Virus record (IMG/VR): IMGVR_UViG_3300036779_000059
Location: 1 to 44,736 of that record
Source: a virus
Taxonomy: Duplodnaviria; Caudoviricetes
Strand: one strand, 5' to 3'
Length of the DNA: 44,736 nt
The notes below the pieces were generated by a model, which was not told where the DNA came from, did not search any database, and saw nothing but the letters and a program-made list of their open reading frames with translations. Positions 36,662-44,736 of this stretch are shown one piece after another; the first letter of the stretch is position 1, and each line of letters opens with the position of its first letter. The position numbers were made by a program, and so were the translations under genes.

Positions 36662-37319
36662 GGAACTCACAATCCTGGCAAGGACAGTGCTTGCGGCACG
36701 TGAAATTCTGAACGGGGTTCCACACGTCGATCACGTGCGCCTGCTGCATGCGCGCCACGCGCTCGCGGTAGTCCTGCCAGTGCTTCAAAGCTGCGTCACG
36801 GTGCAGCTCGAAAGGAATGAGCGACCCCCTAACCACAAAGACCAGTGCGGAGCGAACGATGTCGACTTCAAATTTTGTAAAAGCAAGGAGCGACATGAGG
36901 ACAAGTTGTTCTCGGTCAGGGTAGCGGTCTTTACCTGTCTTCCAATCTCCAACGGTAGCCACACGCGTTGCTGGGTTGACGACCACGAAGTCGATGACCC
37001 CTCGGACCCAAACATGTGCATCAAAAAAGTCACACGGCTCCAGATTAACGGTGGCTCCGAGTCGGAGTTCAGCGTAAATATCGCCCTCAATTCGCTTGAC
37101 CACATCCACAGTCTTTTGTGCGTAAGCAAACTCAGCCGGTAAGGGCGTTTCATGTACAAGCGCTTTTTCCGCCGCCGCATGGAACCGATCGCCATAGTTC
37201 TGCTCCTCCGTATCGTCTTTCGGATAGTTCTTCAAGATGCGCAGCTCATGGAACTTGCGCGGGCACAGCTCGAATAGTTTCAATGTTGAATGCGACCAGA
37301 CGATGGGCTTGGGTTTCAT
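36642..37319 (-). CDS. Cas4-like PD-(D/E)XK exonuclease with Fe-S cysteines
   Basis: WSHS...CPR, GDRFH, RGVIDF, DWKTGK, QL, CRKHCPCQDC. Confidence 0.85.
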   Translation of the reverse strand: MKPKPIVWSHSTLKLFELCPRKFHELRILKNYPKDDTEEQNYGDRFHAAAEKALVHETPLPAEFAYAQKTVDVVKRIEGDIYAELRLGATVNLEPCDFFDAHVWVRGVIDFVVVNPATRVATVGDWKTGKDRYPDREQLVLMSLLAFTKFEVDIVRSALVFVVRGSLIPFELHRDAALKHWQDYRERVARMQQAHVIDVWNPVQNFTCRKHCPCQDCEFHGQTSY

Positions 37320-37438
37320 TCCAGGTACTTTAGCGATTGAAACAGTTCTACAAGCCACATCCATAAAATAGCAACGTTGTCTTCATGTTGAAGAAAACTC
37401 TTATAGCGCCACAAGTTCACTTCTATTTTTTGAATCAT
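37316..37438 (-). CDS. Small hypothetical protein
   Basis: ATGA overlaps at both ends. Confidence 0.45.
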   Translation of the reverse strand: MIQKIEVNLWRYKSFLQHEDNVAILWMWLVELFQSLKYLE

Positions 37439-37641
37439 CGGTACAGTGGGATCGTGTAACCGTCCACTTCCGCAGTCTCGCCCATGTCCTTTTTCCCTCT
37501 CGCGCTGATCGTCCACCCCTGCGCATTCATCCATGCTGAAGGTTCACCACGTGGGACGCGGTACAGTTCTCCGTCTGCTCTGTCAGCATCGGCGTACCAA
37601 TTGATGCGTCCATTTTCAGCTACAGCGACTGGTTTTTCCAT
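37435..37641 (-). CDS. Small hypothetical protein
   Basis: MEKPVAV...IPLYR; operon tiling. Confidence 0.5.
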   Translation of the reverse strand: MEKPVAVAENGRINWYADADRADGELYRVPRGEPSAWMNAQGWTISARGKKDMGETAEVDGYTIPLYR

Positions 37642-37948
37642 TCCGAAGCACCTGAATCTTCCAACGCAGCCAGCCGTTGACACGTCTCCATCGTTCGTGC
37701 GGTGTTTGCGTCGAGGGTCCTGCATCATTGACGGTGGCTACTTCTTCGATCAGGCTGGAGTACACGACTGCATCAGGGTTGTCATTGAAGAAACACCCCA
37801 TCGCACAGTGAAGATCACCTCTGTGCAATCGACCGTACGTTAAAGAACGCCGCTGTGCAACAGCTTTGTAGATAAGATACAGAGCTGTATCAGATGGAAG
37901 CGCGGGTCGATCATTTACTTTTCCACATTCAGGACGCCGCGTGCTCAT
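37616..37948 (-). CDS. Hypothetical protein
   Basis: HCAMGC...VND...TPHERW motifs; ATGA overlap. Confidence 0.6.
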   Translation of the reverse strand: MSTRRPECGKVNDRPALPSDTALYLIYKAVAQRRSLTYGRLHRGDLHCAMGCFFNDNPDAVVYSSLIEEVATVNDAGPSTQTPHERWRRVNGWLRWKIQVLRNGKTSRCS

Positions 37949-38136
37949 AGCCGATCCATCATACGAGTTTCAGGGCCCATGTCGGTTGGACGCTTGCGTG
38001 TTTTACTGCTCGGTGGCGGCGGCATCGAGTAGCGCGTACCCAGTACTTTGTGCAGCAGCCACGCGCAGGCAAGTACCGTGGGGAGCATGATCTTGGCGAT
38101 GAACCACAGTACTTTAGGAGAGGGGATGTCTGTCAT
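37945..38136 (-). CDS. Small membrane protein
   Basis: One hydrophobic helix; ATGA overlaps. Confidence 0.5.
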   Translation of the reverse strand: MTDIPSPKVLWFIAKIMLPTVLACAWLLHKVLGTRYSMPPPPSSKTRKRPTDMGPETRMMDRL

Positions 38137-38303
38137 CGCGGTTCTCCGTCACGTCTAAGCAGTGCATTGATCTCTGCGCGATCGATGGCTTCCAGTTTCT
38201 CTTTCAGTGCCTGGATCTGGGCAGTCAGCAAATCGCGCTGCGGCACCAGCTGAACAAGTTGTCTACACAGCTCATCGCGTTCAGCTTTGTAATCACGCTT
38301 CAT
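38133..38303 (-). CDS. Small coiled-coil protein
   Basis: Heptad pattern; ATGA overlaps. Confidence 0.5.
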   Translation of the reverse strand: MKRDYKAERDELCRQLVQLVPQRDLLTAQIQALKEKLEAIDRAEINALLRRDGEPR

Positions 38304-38425
38304 ATCAACCCGTCTTCTTGCAAGCACTTAAAAAGACGACCGAGGTTGCTCCACGCAAATTCTGGATTAACGCTGTACTCCACGAAGTAGTGGTACACGC
38401 ACAACGCTTTTTTCAAAGGGCTCAT
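38300..38425 (-). CDS. Small hypothetical protein (41 aa)
   Basis: ATGA overlaps at both ends. Confidence 0.4.
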   Translation of the reverse strand: MSPLKKALCVYHYFVEYSVNPEFAWSNLGRLFKCLQEDGLI

Positions 38426-38589
38426 AGCAGATCACTTCCTTCAGCAAGACGCTGGTACAGCTCTTCAAAGCTTGCTTCTACGCATGCGAAAAAATTTTCA
38501 GTTTGCCCGTTGAAACTACCGCACAACGTACACATGGCTCCGTGCGGTAACGTGCTACACCCCCAGCATTTATTTCTTCGCTCGTCCAT
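38422..38589 (-). CDS. Small Zn-finger protein (CWGC...CTLC)
   Basis: Two CxxC motifs; starts inside the DNA polymerase 3' remnant. Confidence 0.55.
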   Translation of the reverse strand: MDERRNKCWGCSTLPHGAMCTLCGSFNGQTENFFACVEASFEELYQRLAEGSDLL

Positions 38590-38626
38590 AGCTCACGTCG
38601 AATCCGCCTTCGGCAGCTAATGGGAT
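38570..38626 (-). pseudogene. Displaced duplicate of the DNA polymerase 3' end (IPLAAEGGFDVSYGRAKK*)
   Basis: 14/18 aa and 40/57 nt identical to 39225-39281. Confidence 0.85.
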
Positions 38627-39253
38627 TCACTCAAAATTTCTCACTTGCGGCACTTGAAACAATTTTTTTCCGCGCCAGCCCCACCGATACCGTTGGCATA
38701 GTGTCACTTTAGATATGCTGAGTTCTCGTGCCCATTCTGAAAGGCATTTTCCTTTGTACATAATGCTGGTGGCTTTGTTAGCGCCCTGTTGTTGGCGTGT
38801 GCCCCATACACAGTTAGATGGACTGTACCCTCGGTTGTTGTTTTTACGTTCTAGTGATGCACGTGTAGGCCGGGGTCCCATATCGTGCTGAAAATTTTCA
38901 AACGAATTCACCCAGCGTTTGCAAACGGTGATTCCACGTCCACCGTATCGATGGTAATCGCTGTGATTTTTGTTTACACACCGCGTTTTCATTGCAACCC
39001 ACGCTCTGTATATTTTTGTACCGCGCATTCCATGCGTACGGTGTGCTTCAATTATACGTTCACGTTTGTAGCAGCCGCAAGAAAGAGAAGAACCTTTAAC
39101 AAGATTTTGCCCTCGTACAAGGCGCCGGGCGCCACAGTCGCAAACACACGACCATAAACTGACGCCCTTTTCTATTTTTTCAAAGTGAACGACTCTCCAA
39201 CGTCCAAAACGCTTTCTTGTTAAATCAAGTCTTGGCTTTACCGTAGCTCGCAT
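38627..39253 (-). mobile_element. Free-standing HNH-family homing endonuclease gene
   Basis: KRFGRW, CVCDCG, SCGC, YGGRGITVC, SLERKNNNRGYSPSNC motifs; AT-richer than flanks; bounded by duplicated pol 3' ends. Confidence 0.8.
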
Positions 39254-41222
39254 TAAAACCGCCCTCAGCAGCTAAAGGAATTCCAGGCAGATATCGCGGT
39301 TCACGCGTCATCTGTTCCAGAACCCATTTCAATCCTTCTTCCGCTTCGCGTTCAGGTGCGACACACACTATCTCATCGTGTGACATATGAACGATGCGGT
39401 ACCGCTTCTGCACCCTAAGCATACCATCGGCGATGACCAGCCGCGCAACGGCCTGCACGATATTTTCCACCACTTTGGAGCCGTACAGCGCACGCACCCG
39501 CTCCAACCCGTACACCCATTTACCAGCGTCGACGCGCAGCTCGTCGTAGCGAATCGCCATGTCATTGGGCAGGAAGATGTGAGATATATGACGCTCAGCT
39601 TTGAACGTCAAGCCCTTGAATTCGGTTTCCTTGCCGGGCACTCCCAGACACTCCTTCAGCAGGATGTCGCAGGTTTTCCACAGCTTGGGAACTGCCGTGG
39701 CGGTCGCGCGGTAGCGGTCGATGATCATCTTGGTGGCGATGCAGTGGTACAGCATCTCTTCACGCGTGCAGGTGTGTGGGATAGTCAGTGCCACCTCCTT
39801 GTTGGGCCTGCCCTTGTATTTGCCCTGCAGGAACGCCTCGGCGTCGTCCACGCTGCCGCCCATGGCCAGGAGGAAATCGCGGTCGTAGCGCTGCGGCGGA
39901 GCGCCTTGAAAACCGCCCAGGAGCTGAGCAGCCATATTCGGCCACCCAATTCCGAAACCCGCACCTAAAAGTAAAGACTTACTCGCTTGGCGAAGCAGCG
40001 GTGTTTCTTCCTTGGTAACTGGGCGGCCGAAAACCTGTGTTCCGAAAGCTGCGTACGGGTCCGCGCCGGTACGGAAAAGGGCCAGTAGCGCCTCGTAACC
40101 CGCGTACCAAGCCAGAATGCGGGGCTCGATCTGGGCTAGGTCGCCAACGAGCAGGACGCAGCCAGGAGGCGCCAGAATGGCCTCGCGCAGGAACGAGCCG
40201 CGTTTCAGGTTCTGGGGGTTGATGCCCTGGCGAGCGGCGGCCCAGCGGCCGGTACCAGCGCCGTAATAGTTCAGGGGAATGGGAAGGGAGCCGCGCGACG
40301 CTATATCAAGGAACCTTTGGGCTCTTGTACGTTCGAGCGTGCTTTTGACTTTCAGGCGGGCTTGGCAGAGCAGGGCGACTTCTTCCTGGTCGCTATTTAA
40401 TAGTGCTTGGAATTCGACGTCGGTTTTGGCAAAAGCGGTGGTGAGAGTGCCGTTGGTCTTGCTCTTCTTCATGGGAATTGAAGCGCCCATGGCGGTGAGC
40501 AGCAGAGCGAATTTCGGGTTGCTGGCCAGATCAGCTTCAGTGGTATTCGTGCGCTGCAGGATGTCTGCCAGCTTGGCGTCGTCCTCAGCTTTGGCTTTCT
40601 CCAACAACGGCACGTCGAGCTGCAGCATTGGGTCGACGTACATCTGCAGCGTGAGATCGATCAGCGCCAGCTCTTTTTTTGGGAAGACCCGCGCTGGCTC
40701 GTACGCGTTCATGTACAGATGCGTGAAGATCAGCTCGCACAGATCCACGTCGTGGCAGCAGTACAGCGCCAGCGCTTGCTCCACGGAAGGTTGCAGGATG
40801 TGCCCTGCGCCCTTGGTTTGCGTTATCGCATTGCCTTTGGGGGGAAGTCCGAATCGCTCGGCCAGTTTGTTCAGGGAGTTGCCCTGTTCAACGCCGTAGA
40901 TGGCGCGGGCCATGGAGAGCGAGTCGAAAATGAACTTGGGCTTGCAGCCGTAAGCCCAAGATAGGATGGCGACGTCGAAGGCGGCGTTGTGCGCCAGCAC
41001 GGCTGTGCTTGACCAGTCGACGGCTTTAAAGAGGAAATCGGGAAGTGCATCATGCGGTATCCAGCGAGTCCCGTTCTCGCCGAATCGTTTCCAGCCGACA
41101 CCGTACGCATAGAAGCGTGGATCGCGCACGTACTCCTCGGTGGTCATTTTCGAAAGCGTGTAGTCATCGTCCCACACAGTTTCGAAATCCACGACCACGA
41201 TGTTGATGTCGGCTGGCGTCAT
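39225..41222 (-). CDS. DNA polymerase family A with 3'-5' exonuclease
   Basis: ExoI DFET, ExoII HNAAFD, ExoIII YCCHD; motif A DLAQIEPR, motif B RQASKSLLLGAGFG, motif C HDE. Confidence 0.92.
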   Translation of the reverse strand: MTPADINIVVVDFETVWDDDYTLSKMTTEEYVRDPRFYAYGVGWKRFGENGTRWIPHDALPDFLFKAVDWSSTAVLAHNAAFDVAILSWAYGCKPKFIFDSLSMARAIYGVEQGNSLNKLAERFGLPPKGNAITQTKGAGHILQPSVEQALALYCCHDVDLCELIFTHLYMNAYEPARVFPKKELALIDLTLQMYVDPMLQLDVPLLEKAKAEDDAKLADILQRTNTTEADLASNPKFALLLTAMGASIPMKKSKTNGTLTTAFAKTDVEFQALLNSDQEEVALLCQARLKVKSTLERTRAQRFLDIASRGSLPIPLNYYGAGTGRWAAARQGINPQNLKRGSFLREAILAPPGCVLLVGDLAQIEPRILAWYAGYEALLALFRTGADPYAAFGTQVFGRPVTKEETPLLRQASKSLLLGAGFGIGWPNMAAQLLGGFQGAPPQRYDRDFLLAMGGSVDDAEAFLQGKYKGRPNKEVALTIPHTCTREEMLYHCIATKMIIDRYRATATAVPKLWKTCDILLKECLGVPGKETEFKGLTFKAERHISHIFLPNDMAIRYDELRVDAGKWVYGLERVRALYGSKVVENIVQAVARLVIADGMLRVQKRYRIVHMSHDEIVCVAPEREAEEGLKWVLEQMTREPRYLPGIPLAAEGGFNASYGKAKT

Positions 41223-41401
41223 TGGTTATTCATTTCCTTTTTTGCGTGGTGCTTACATAAAAAACGGTCGCCTACGTGTACGCTGGCTCGGAATGGACAT
41301 CGATGCGATTCTGCGTAACATCTTGGAGCAGTGACTCCCTGGCAACGCGCTGCGTCAGGCACGTGTTTATGTCTGTACGGCCCAGGCAGCATGCGAGTCA
41401 T
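41219..41401 (-). CDS. Small Cys/His-rich protein
   Basis: RCQG...RC...LCKHH; ATGA overlaps. Confidence 0.55.
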   Translation of the reverse strand: MTRMLPGPYRHKHVPDAARCQGVTAPRCYAESHRCPFRASVHVGDRFLCKHHAKKEMNNQ

Positions 41402-41565
41402 CGATGTAATTTTTCTTGTCGCTGTTCTTCCTCATCACGCGCGTGAATCTCTCTTAAAGTCTGAAGGCGAGCATTGACTTTCAGCGACGCAATTTTACGC
41501 ATCAGCTTCCAAGCTTGAGCGCGTTCTTTACGCCGCTCGGTTTCAGCTCTTTCTTTGGTTGGCAT
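41398..41565 (-). CDS. Small basic helical protein
   Basis: Operon tiling. Confidence 0.45.
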   Translation of the reverse strand: MPTKERAETERRKERAQAWKLMRKIASLKVNARLQTLREIHARDEEEQRQEKLHR

Positions 41566-41821
41566 TTTTCGGCCACACGCGCTTCGGTTTTTTCGAACTG
41601 TCGCTTTGTATCCACAATCCACGTTCAACTTTAATGCCGTCCATTGGCGTTCCCCAACAATCTGGCTGCCAATACACGTGTATCTCATTGTTCATGCCAC
41701 GGGGCGTATGCCCCAGGTATTCTCCGATCATACGAATCAAATCAGCGCGCGAGTGAGCAGCTGCATAAATGTGCTGGGTACCATCGCCAGCCCAACGACC
41801 ATTCCAGATTTTCAATGCCAT
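41543..41821 (-). CDS. Hypothetical protein
   Basis: AAGG SD-like; Trp-rich globular sequence. Confidence 0.6.
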   Translation of the reverse strand: MALKIWNGRWAGDGTQHIYAAAHSRADLIRMIGEYLGHTPRGMNNEIHVYWQPDCWGTPMDGIKVERGLWIQSDSSKKPKRVWPKNANQRKS

Positions 41822-42069
41822 ACGACACCGCCTTCCGGGAGGTGCGCCAGCATCTCTTCGTTCATCTTTTGCATCGTCTGCTGAAACATCTCGGTACAGT
41901 TCGACGTCAACACGAGTGCTTTCGGCAGCGTCAGGTTTATTGTGAAGACGTTCATCTGGTTATCCGGTGAAGCGATGAGAACCACGACACCGGGGCCTTC
42001 GCCTTTTTCAACTTCCACAAGCAGATCTCGTAGCGTGCTGATCGTTTCGCTCAGTTTCATTTCAGCCAT
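41812..42069 (-). CDS. Hypothetical protein
   Basis: GGAG SD; tiling. Confidence 0.6.
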   Translation of the reverse strand: MAEMKLSETISTLRDLLVEVEKGEGPGVVVLIASPDNQMNVFTINLTLPKALVLTSNCTEMFQQTMQKMNEEMLAHLPEGGVVWH

Positions 42070-42362
42070 AACCGCTGCTCCAAGTACATTAAAAGTTCAT
42101 CGATGGTTTTTTCACTGACGGTCTTTGCGATGCCTCCGCAGATGTTGATGTCTCTCAGGTTCCGTTCCTGCAGCTCTGTAGCGACGTTCTTGCCTGCTTT
42201 GCATTCGATCGCCATGAAAGCTCCTTTAGGCGGCAGACAGACGATGATGTCCGGCACTCCACGCTTGCCGTAGTACGGGTTGGCGACAGGGAAAAAATAG
42301 TACGCTCCGATCTTGTTCAGAGCTGTAACTATTTTTGCTTTAACACGTCCTTCGGGGGTCAT
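42057..42362 (-). CDS. VRR-NUC nuclease / Holliday junction resolvase-like
   Basis: TPEGRVK...GVPDII...AIECKA...LQ...GG motifs. Confidence 0.85.
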   Translation of the reverse strand: MTPEGRVKAKIVTALNKIGAYYFFPVANPYYGKRGVPDIIVCLPPKGAFMAIECKAGKNVATELQERNLRDINICGGIAKTVSEKTIDELLMYLEQRLWLK

Positions 42363-42525
42363 ATCCGTGGCTGTATCCATCTACCAGACTTCGGGCACTG
42401 TGACTGTAATCCTCCATCAGCCTAACCACGTTGTCCCAAAGCATTTCAGAACTGTAATACCTTATATTATGAAAATACCCGTTGTGACCAAGCCACGAAG
42501 CCCATTGCGCCAATGACCAGCTCAT
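42340..42525 (-). CDS. Small hypothetical protein, paralogue family B
   Basis: WASW...EMLWDNVVRLMEDY. Confidence 0.5.
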   Translation of the reverse strand: MSWSLAQWASWLGHNGYFHNIRYYSSEMLWDNVVRLMEDYSHSARSLVDGYSHGYDPRRTC

Positions 42526-42689
42526 TGCCTCGGCTCCTCTTGAAGAACGATCAGTTCAACAACTGCCCGTATCAGTGCAGTGAGATACGCGCGCTGCCGA
42601 TCATCGAAGGGAACGATCGATCCGTGAATTGCGAGCGCTCGTTCACTGATCGCTTTGACGAGCACTTCGATGTCTTCATCGGTCATCAT
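42522..42689 (-). CDS. Small hypothetical protein (55 aa)
   Basis: GGAG SD; coupled overlaps. Confidence 0.45.
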   Translation of the reverse strand: MMTDEDIEVLVKAISERALAIHGSIVPFDDRQRAYLTALIRAVVELIVLQEEPRQ

Positions 42690-42820
42690 CAGCGATACTC
42701 CATCCAGTCGGATATCAGTGCGCTTACGTTCTCCCAGAGAACTTCTGGTTGGAAATGATGCCCAGATTTACTAACCCATGTGTTCCAGCTTCGAAGAAGC
42801 TGATCAATCGTCATCGTCAT
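42689..42820 (-). CDS. Small hypothetical protein, paralogue family B (43 aa)
   Basis: GGAGG SD; WNTW...EVLWENVSALISDW. Confidence 0.5.
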   Translation of the reverse strand: MTMTIDQLLRSWNTWVSKSGHHFQPEVLWENVSALISDWMEYR

Positions 42821-43008
42821 AGCCCCTCCTGCGCTTTCAGATACTCCGCATGAACTCGATTGATCAGCATGACGAAGTGCTCGATCATGATTGCTGGCAA
42901 TGTGATCGACGATGTGTTGTGCTGCCCCACCTGAACGATCTGGAGAAGATCCCCAGTCATTCTAATAGTGGTCGCATCCACTGAGGGGATTTTTTCTTCA
43001 GTTGCCAC
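42817..43008 (-). CDS. Small hypothetical protein
   Basis: GAGGTG SD before GTG. Confidence 0.55.
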   Translation of the reverse strand: MATEEKIPSVDATTIRMTGDLLQIVQVGQHNTSSITLPAIMIEHFVMLINRVHAEYLKAQEGL

Positions 43009-43195
43009 GTTTCACCTCGTATCTGTAGGAGTATTCCGTGCTGCCATACTCCCACCGCTGTCGGCTCCAGTACATCTGCAAATCCAGCGGTGGCGGGAAC
43101 GACGATTTGTGCCCCAGCATCGTCTCGAATGCGTTGATCAGGAACTGCCTGCATTCATAAGGCGACACCGGGGCGTAACTACGTTTCTTGCCCAT
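42998..43195 (-). CDS. Small hypothetical protein
   Basis: AGGAG SD before ATG 43195. Confidence 0.5.
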   Translation of the reverse strand: MGKKRSYAPVSPYECRQFLINAFETMLGHKSSFPPPLDLQMYWSRQRWEYGSTEYSYRYEVKRGN

Positions 43196-43206
43196 GGAGA
43201 CTCCTA

Positions 43207-43422
43207 TCATTCAACGTCCTGATAGAAATGCGCGTTTAACCACGTAGCGATCTCAGCTCGCGTCGAACCGATTTCCACCGGCTCAACAGCAACTTCGCTT
43301 GGATGAACGTCCTGAGCTTTTGCAAAATCACGTCCTAATACAAGCGCGCCACGTTTAGACGTCCCCCAGCGGTAGCACGTACCCTCATACGCATCAGCGA
43401 ATCTTGCACGCCACAGTTTCAT
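43207..43422 (-). CDS. Small hypothetical protein
   Basis: ATGA overlap. Confidence 0.55.
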   Translation of the reverse strand: MKLWRARFADAYEGTCYRWGTSKRGALVLGRDFAKAQDVHPSEVAVEPVEIGSTRAEIATWLNAHFYQDVE

Positions 43423-44048
43423 ATCCGCAGCCTTCCCGTCAGCGCTTGCACCACCGCCACTGCTTTGGCCTCCGTCAGCTTCATCTGCGTAGTACCGACA
43501 TGCAGGATGTACTCAATCCAGACGTCTGAATTGGCAGGTGCAGGTGTAGCTGTGCCTTGTTTGACTGCAATCCAACCGACTGGCCCGCTCATGATAGAAC
43601 CTTCTTTACTCATGGCGAGTAGGTACTGGCTCAAGTTGGCGATAGTCATCTTGTAACCCAGCGCCGTAATGCGCTCCAGCAACTCCCCGCGCTTGACATC
43701 ATCGTTGCCCAGCGCTTGATGAATGACCAGACGCATTTTTTTACCGCGCTCCTTGGCTACTGCAACCGGATTTTTGCTGTGGCGTAGGGAAGGAGGAGCG
43801 TCGGTATCGGCGCCGTTGATCAAAGTGTGCAACAAGCCTTTGCGTCGGAGCTGCTTGGCTTTCACCAGTTCACGCACGTGGTAGTTCATCATGGCTTTGT
43901 TGAACCCCAACGCAGCAACTTGCGGTGATGCAAAGATCTGGCCGAACTTCAACGGTTCGTTAGCCGTGGTCAGCGCTGCGGTGATCGCAGCACGGGCCTT
44001 GGCTGAGTTGATCTGCCCCTGTTCGCGTGATATGCCTTTGGCGCTCAT
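43419..44048 (-). CDS. Putative DNA-binding protein with two winged-helix-like repeats
   Basis: AAGGAG SD; two segments ...YHVRELVKAKQL... and ...SQYLLAMSKEGSI.... Confidence 0.55.
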   Translation of the reverse strand: MSAKGISREQGQINSAKARAAITAALTTANEPLKFGQIFASPQVAALGFNKAMMNYHVRELVKAKQLRRKGLLHTLINGADTDAPPSLRHSKNPVAVAKERGKKMRLVIHQALGNDDVKRGELLERITALGYKMTIANLSQYLLAMSKEGSIMSGPVGWIAVKQGTATPAPANSDVWIEYILHVGTTQMKLTEAKAVAVVQALTGRLRI

Positions 44049-44446
44049 TGCGTAGCTCCTTCAGGTTTGACGAAAGACTCGGGCTTGCCATTGAGTTTCG
44101 GCGTCGTTTTCGGCGTTGCTTTCGACTTCGCTTTCGACTTCGCTTTCGACTTCGCCTTAACCGCGTCCTTCTCCTGCACTTTCGCGCCTGCTGCCGGATC
44201 GCGCTTGTAGACGATCTTCATCTCGCGCGGTGTGCGCGTCAAGACTGCATGCAGCGTGCCATACGTGGTGTCGAATACCTCGCATACTTGCGCGCCGTAA
44301 TGGTCCATCTGCATGTGGCCAACGGCGCACAGGATGGCGCTTTGCGGATAGCGCGCATGGTTCACTTGCAGCACTTCCTTCTTGTGGTCCATGTAAACGG
44401 TTCGAATGGGGTTCTTTGGAGCTACCAGATCTTTCTTGGCTGCCAT
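44045..44446 (-). CDS. Hypothetical protein with Lys-rich tail
   Basis: GAGG SD; (KAKS)3 tail. Confidence 0.65.
   Translation of the reverse strand: MAAKKDLVAPKNPIRTVYMDHKKEVLQVNHARYPQSAILCAVGHMQMDHYGAQVCEVFDTTYGTLHAVLTRTPREMKIVYKRDPAAGAKVQEKDAVKAKSKAKSKAKSKATPKTTPKLNGKPESFVKPEGATQ
44118..44155 (+). repeat. Tandem 12-nt repeat GCTTTCGACTTC x3
   Basis: Three exact copies. Confidence 0.9.
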
Positions 44447-44479
44447 GTTTTACCTCGTGGGATGAATGAGATTAAAAAT

Positions 44480-44683
44480 CTACTTGATGTAGTGCGAGAA
44501 CACGTACAGTCCATCGGCCCTGTCGTCGCGGAACACGTACACCTGACCGACAGGGTTCACGTCGCGCACGGTGCATGTAACCAGCGTGCCGTCAACGATT
44601 GGGGAGGCGATGAATGCAGATGAGTACACCTGCACCTTGTCACCGGCTTTGAGCTTCTTTACTTGTTGTTTGTCCACGTTCAT
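44480..44683 (-). CDS. Small SH3/KOW-like beta protein
   Basis: LKAGDKVQV pattern; GAGG SD. Confidence 0.5.
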   Translation of the reverse strand: MNVDKQQVKKLKAGDKVQVYSSAFIASPIVDGTLVTCTVRDVNPVGQVYVFRDDRADGLYVFSHYIK

Positions 44684-44736
44684 TCCTCGTAGGTCACTTC
44701 CGCCAGCACAAGACGTGCTACTTCAGCACGCCCTTG

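Noticed and set aside
36642-37319. Cas4-like gene as evidence of a CRISPR system
   Set aside because: No repeat-spacer array or other cas genes are visible; solo Cas4-like exonucleases are normal in phage replication modules.
38627-39253. Group I intron or intein in the DNA polymerase
   Set aside because: The HNH ORF fills the whole insert with no room for a ribozyme core, and pol has its own complete end and stop.
30919-44462. CCCACGAGG / ACGAGG recurring before several minus-strand starts as a phage promoter or operator
   Set aside because: Position and GAGG core are adequately explained as Shine-Dalgarno sequences.
112-44623. Many long opposite-strand or alternate-frame ORFs in the track (e.g. 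558-1649 -, 15112-16002 -, 28505-29470 +, 40279-40899 +)
   Set aside because: Shadow ORFs of GC-rich genes with no motifs or RBS, overlapping better-supported genes.

Overview
The window is ~45 kb of a tailed dsDNA phage genome with podovirus-like architecture; terminase, portal and major capsid are not in the window. The + arm (1-25135) carries low-complexity basic proteins, head-tail adaptors, tail fibres, a lysis cassette, the tail nozzle, a GNAT-like protein and ejection proteins, including a 2585-aa SLT/polyvalent protein. The convergent - arm (25065-44683) carries primase-helicase, SSB, SNF2-type helicase, Cas4-like exonuclease, family A DNA polymerase, VRR-NUC, two HNH genes and many small ORFs. 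The strongest candidate novel system is at 29830-30344 (-). A D-arm-reduced tRNA can present an 8-nt anticodon loop (CU-UUCA-AU). It sits 24 nt upstream of a leader ORF AUG-ACG-UGAA whose +1 frame reads C-R-D-P-P, resembling RAPP/RGPP arrest motifs. That motif lies next to a 12-bp hairpin that buries the SD and start of the next gene. This suggests a translational attenuator gated by quadruplet decoding. Also notable is an HNH homing endonuclease inserted into the 3' end of the DNA polymerase gene with a recoded replacement C-terminus. All product calls are from motif recognition by eye; no database searches were run.
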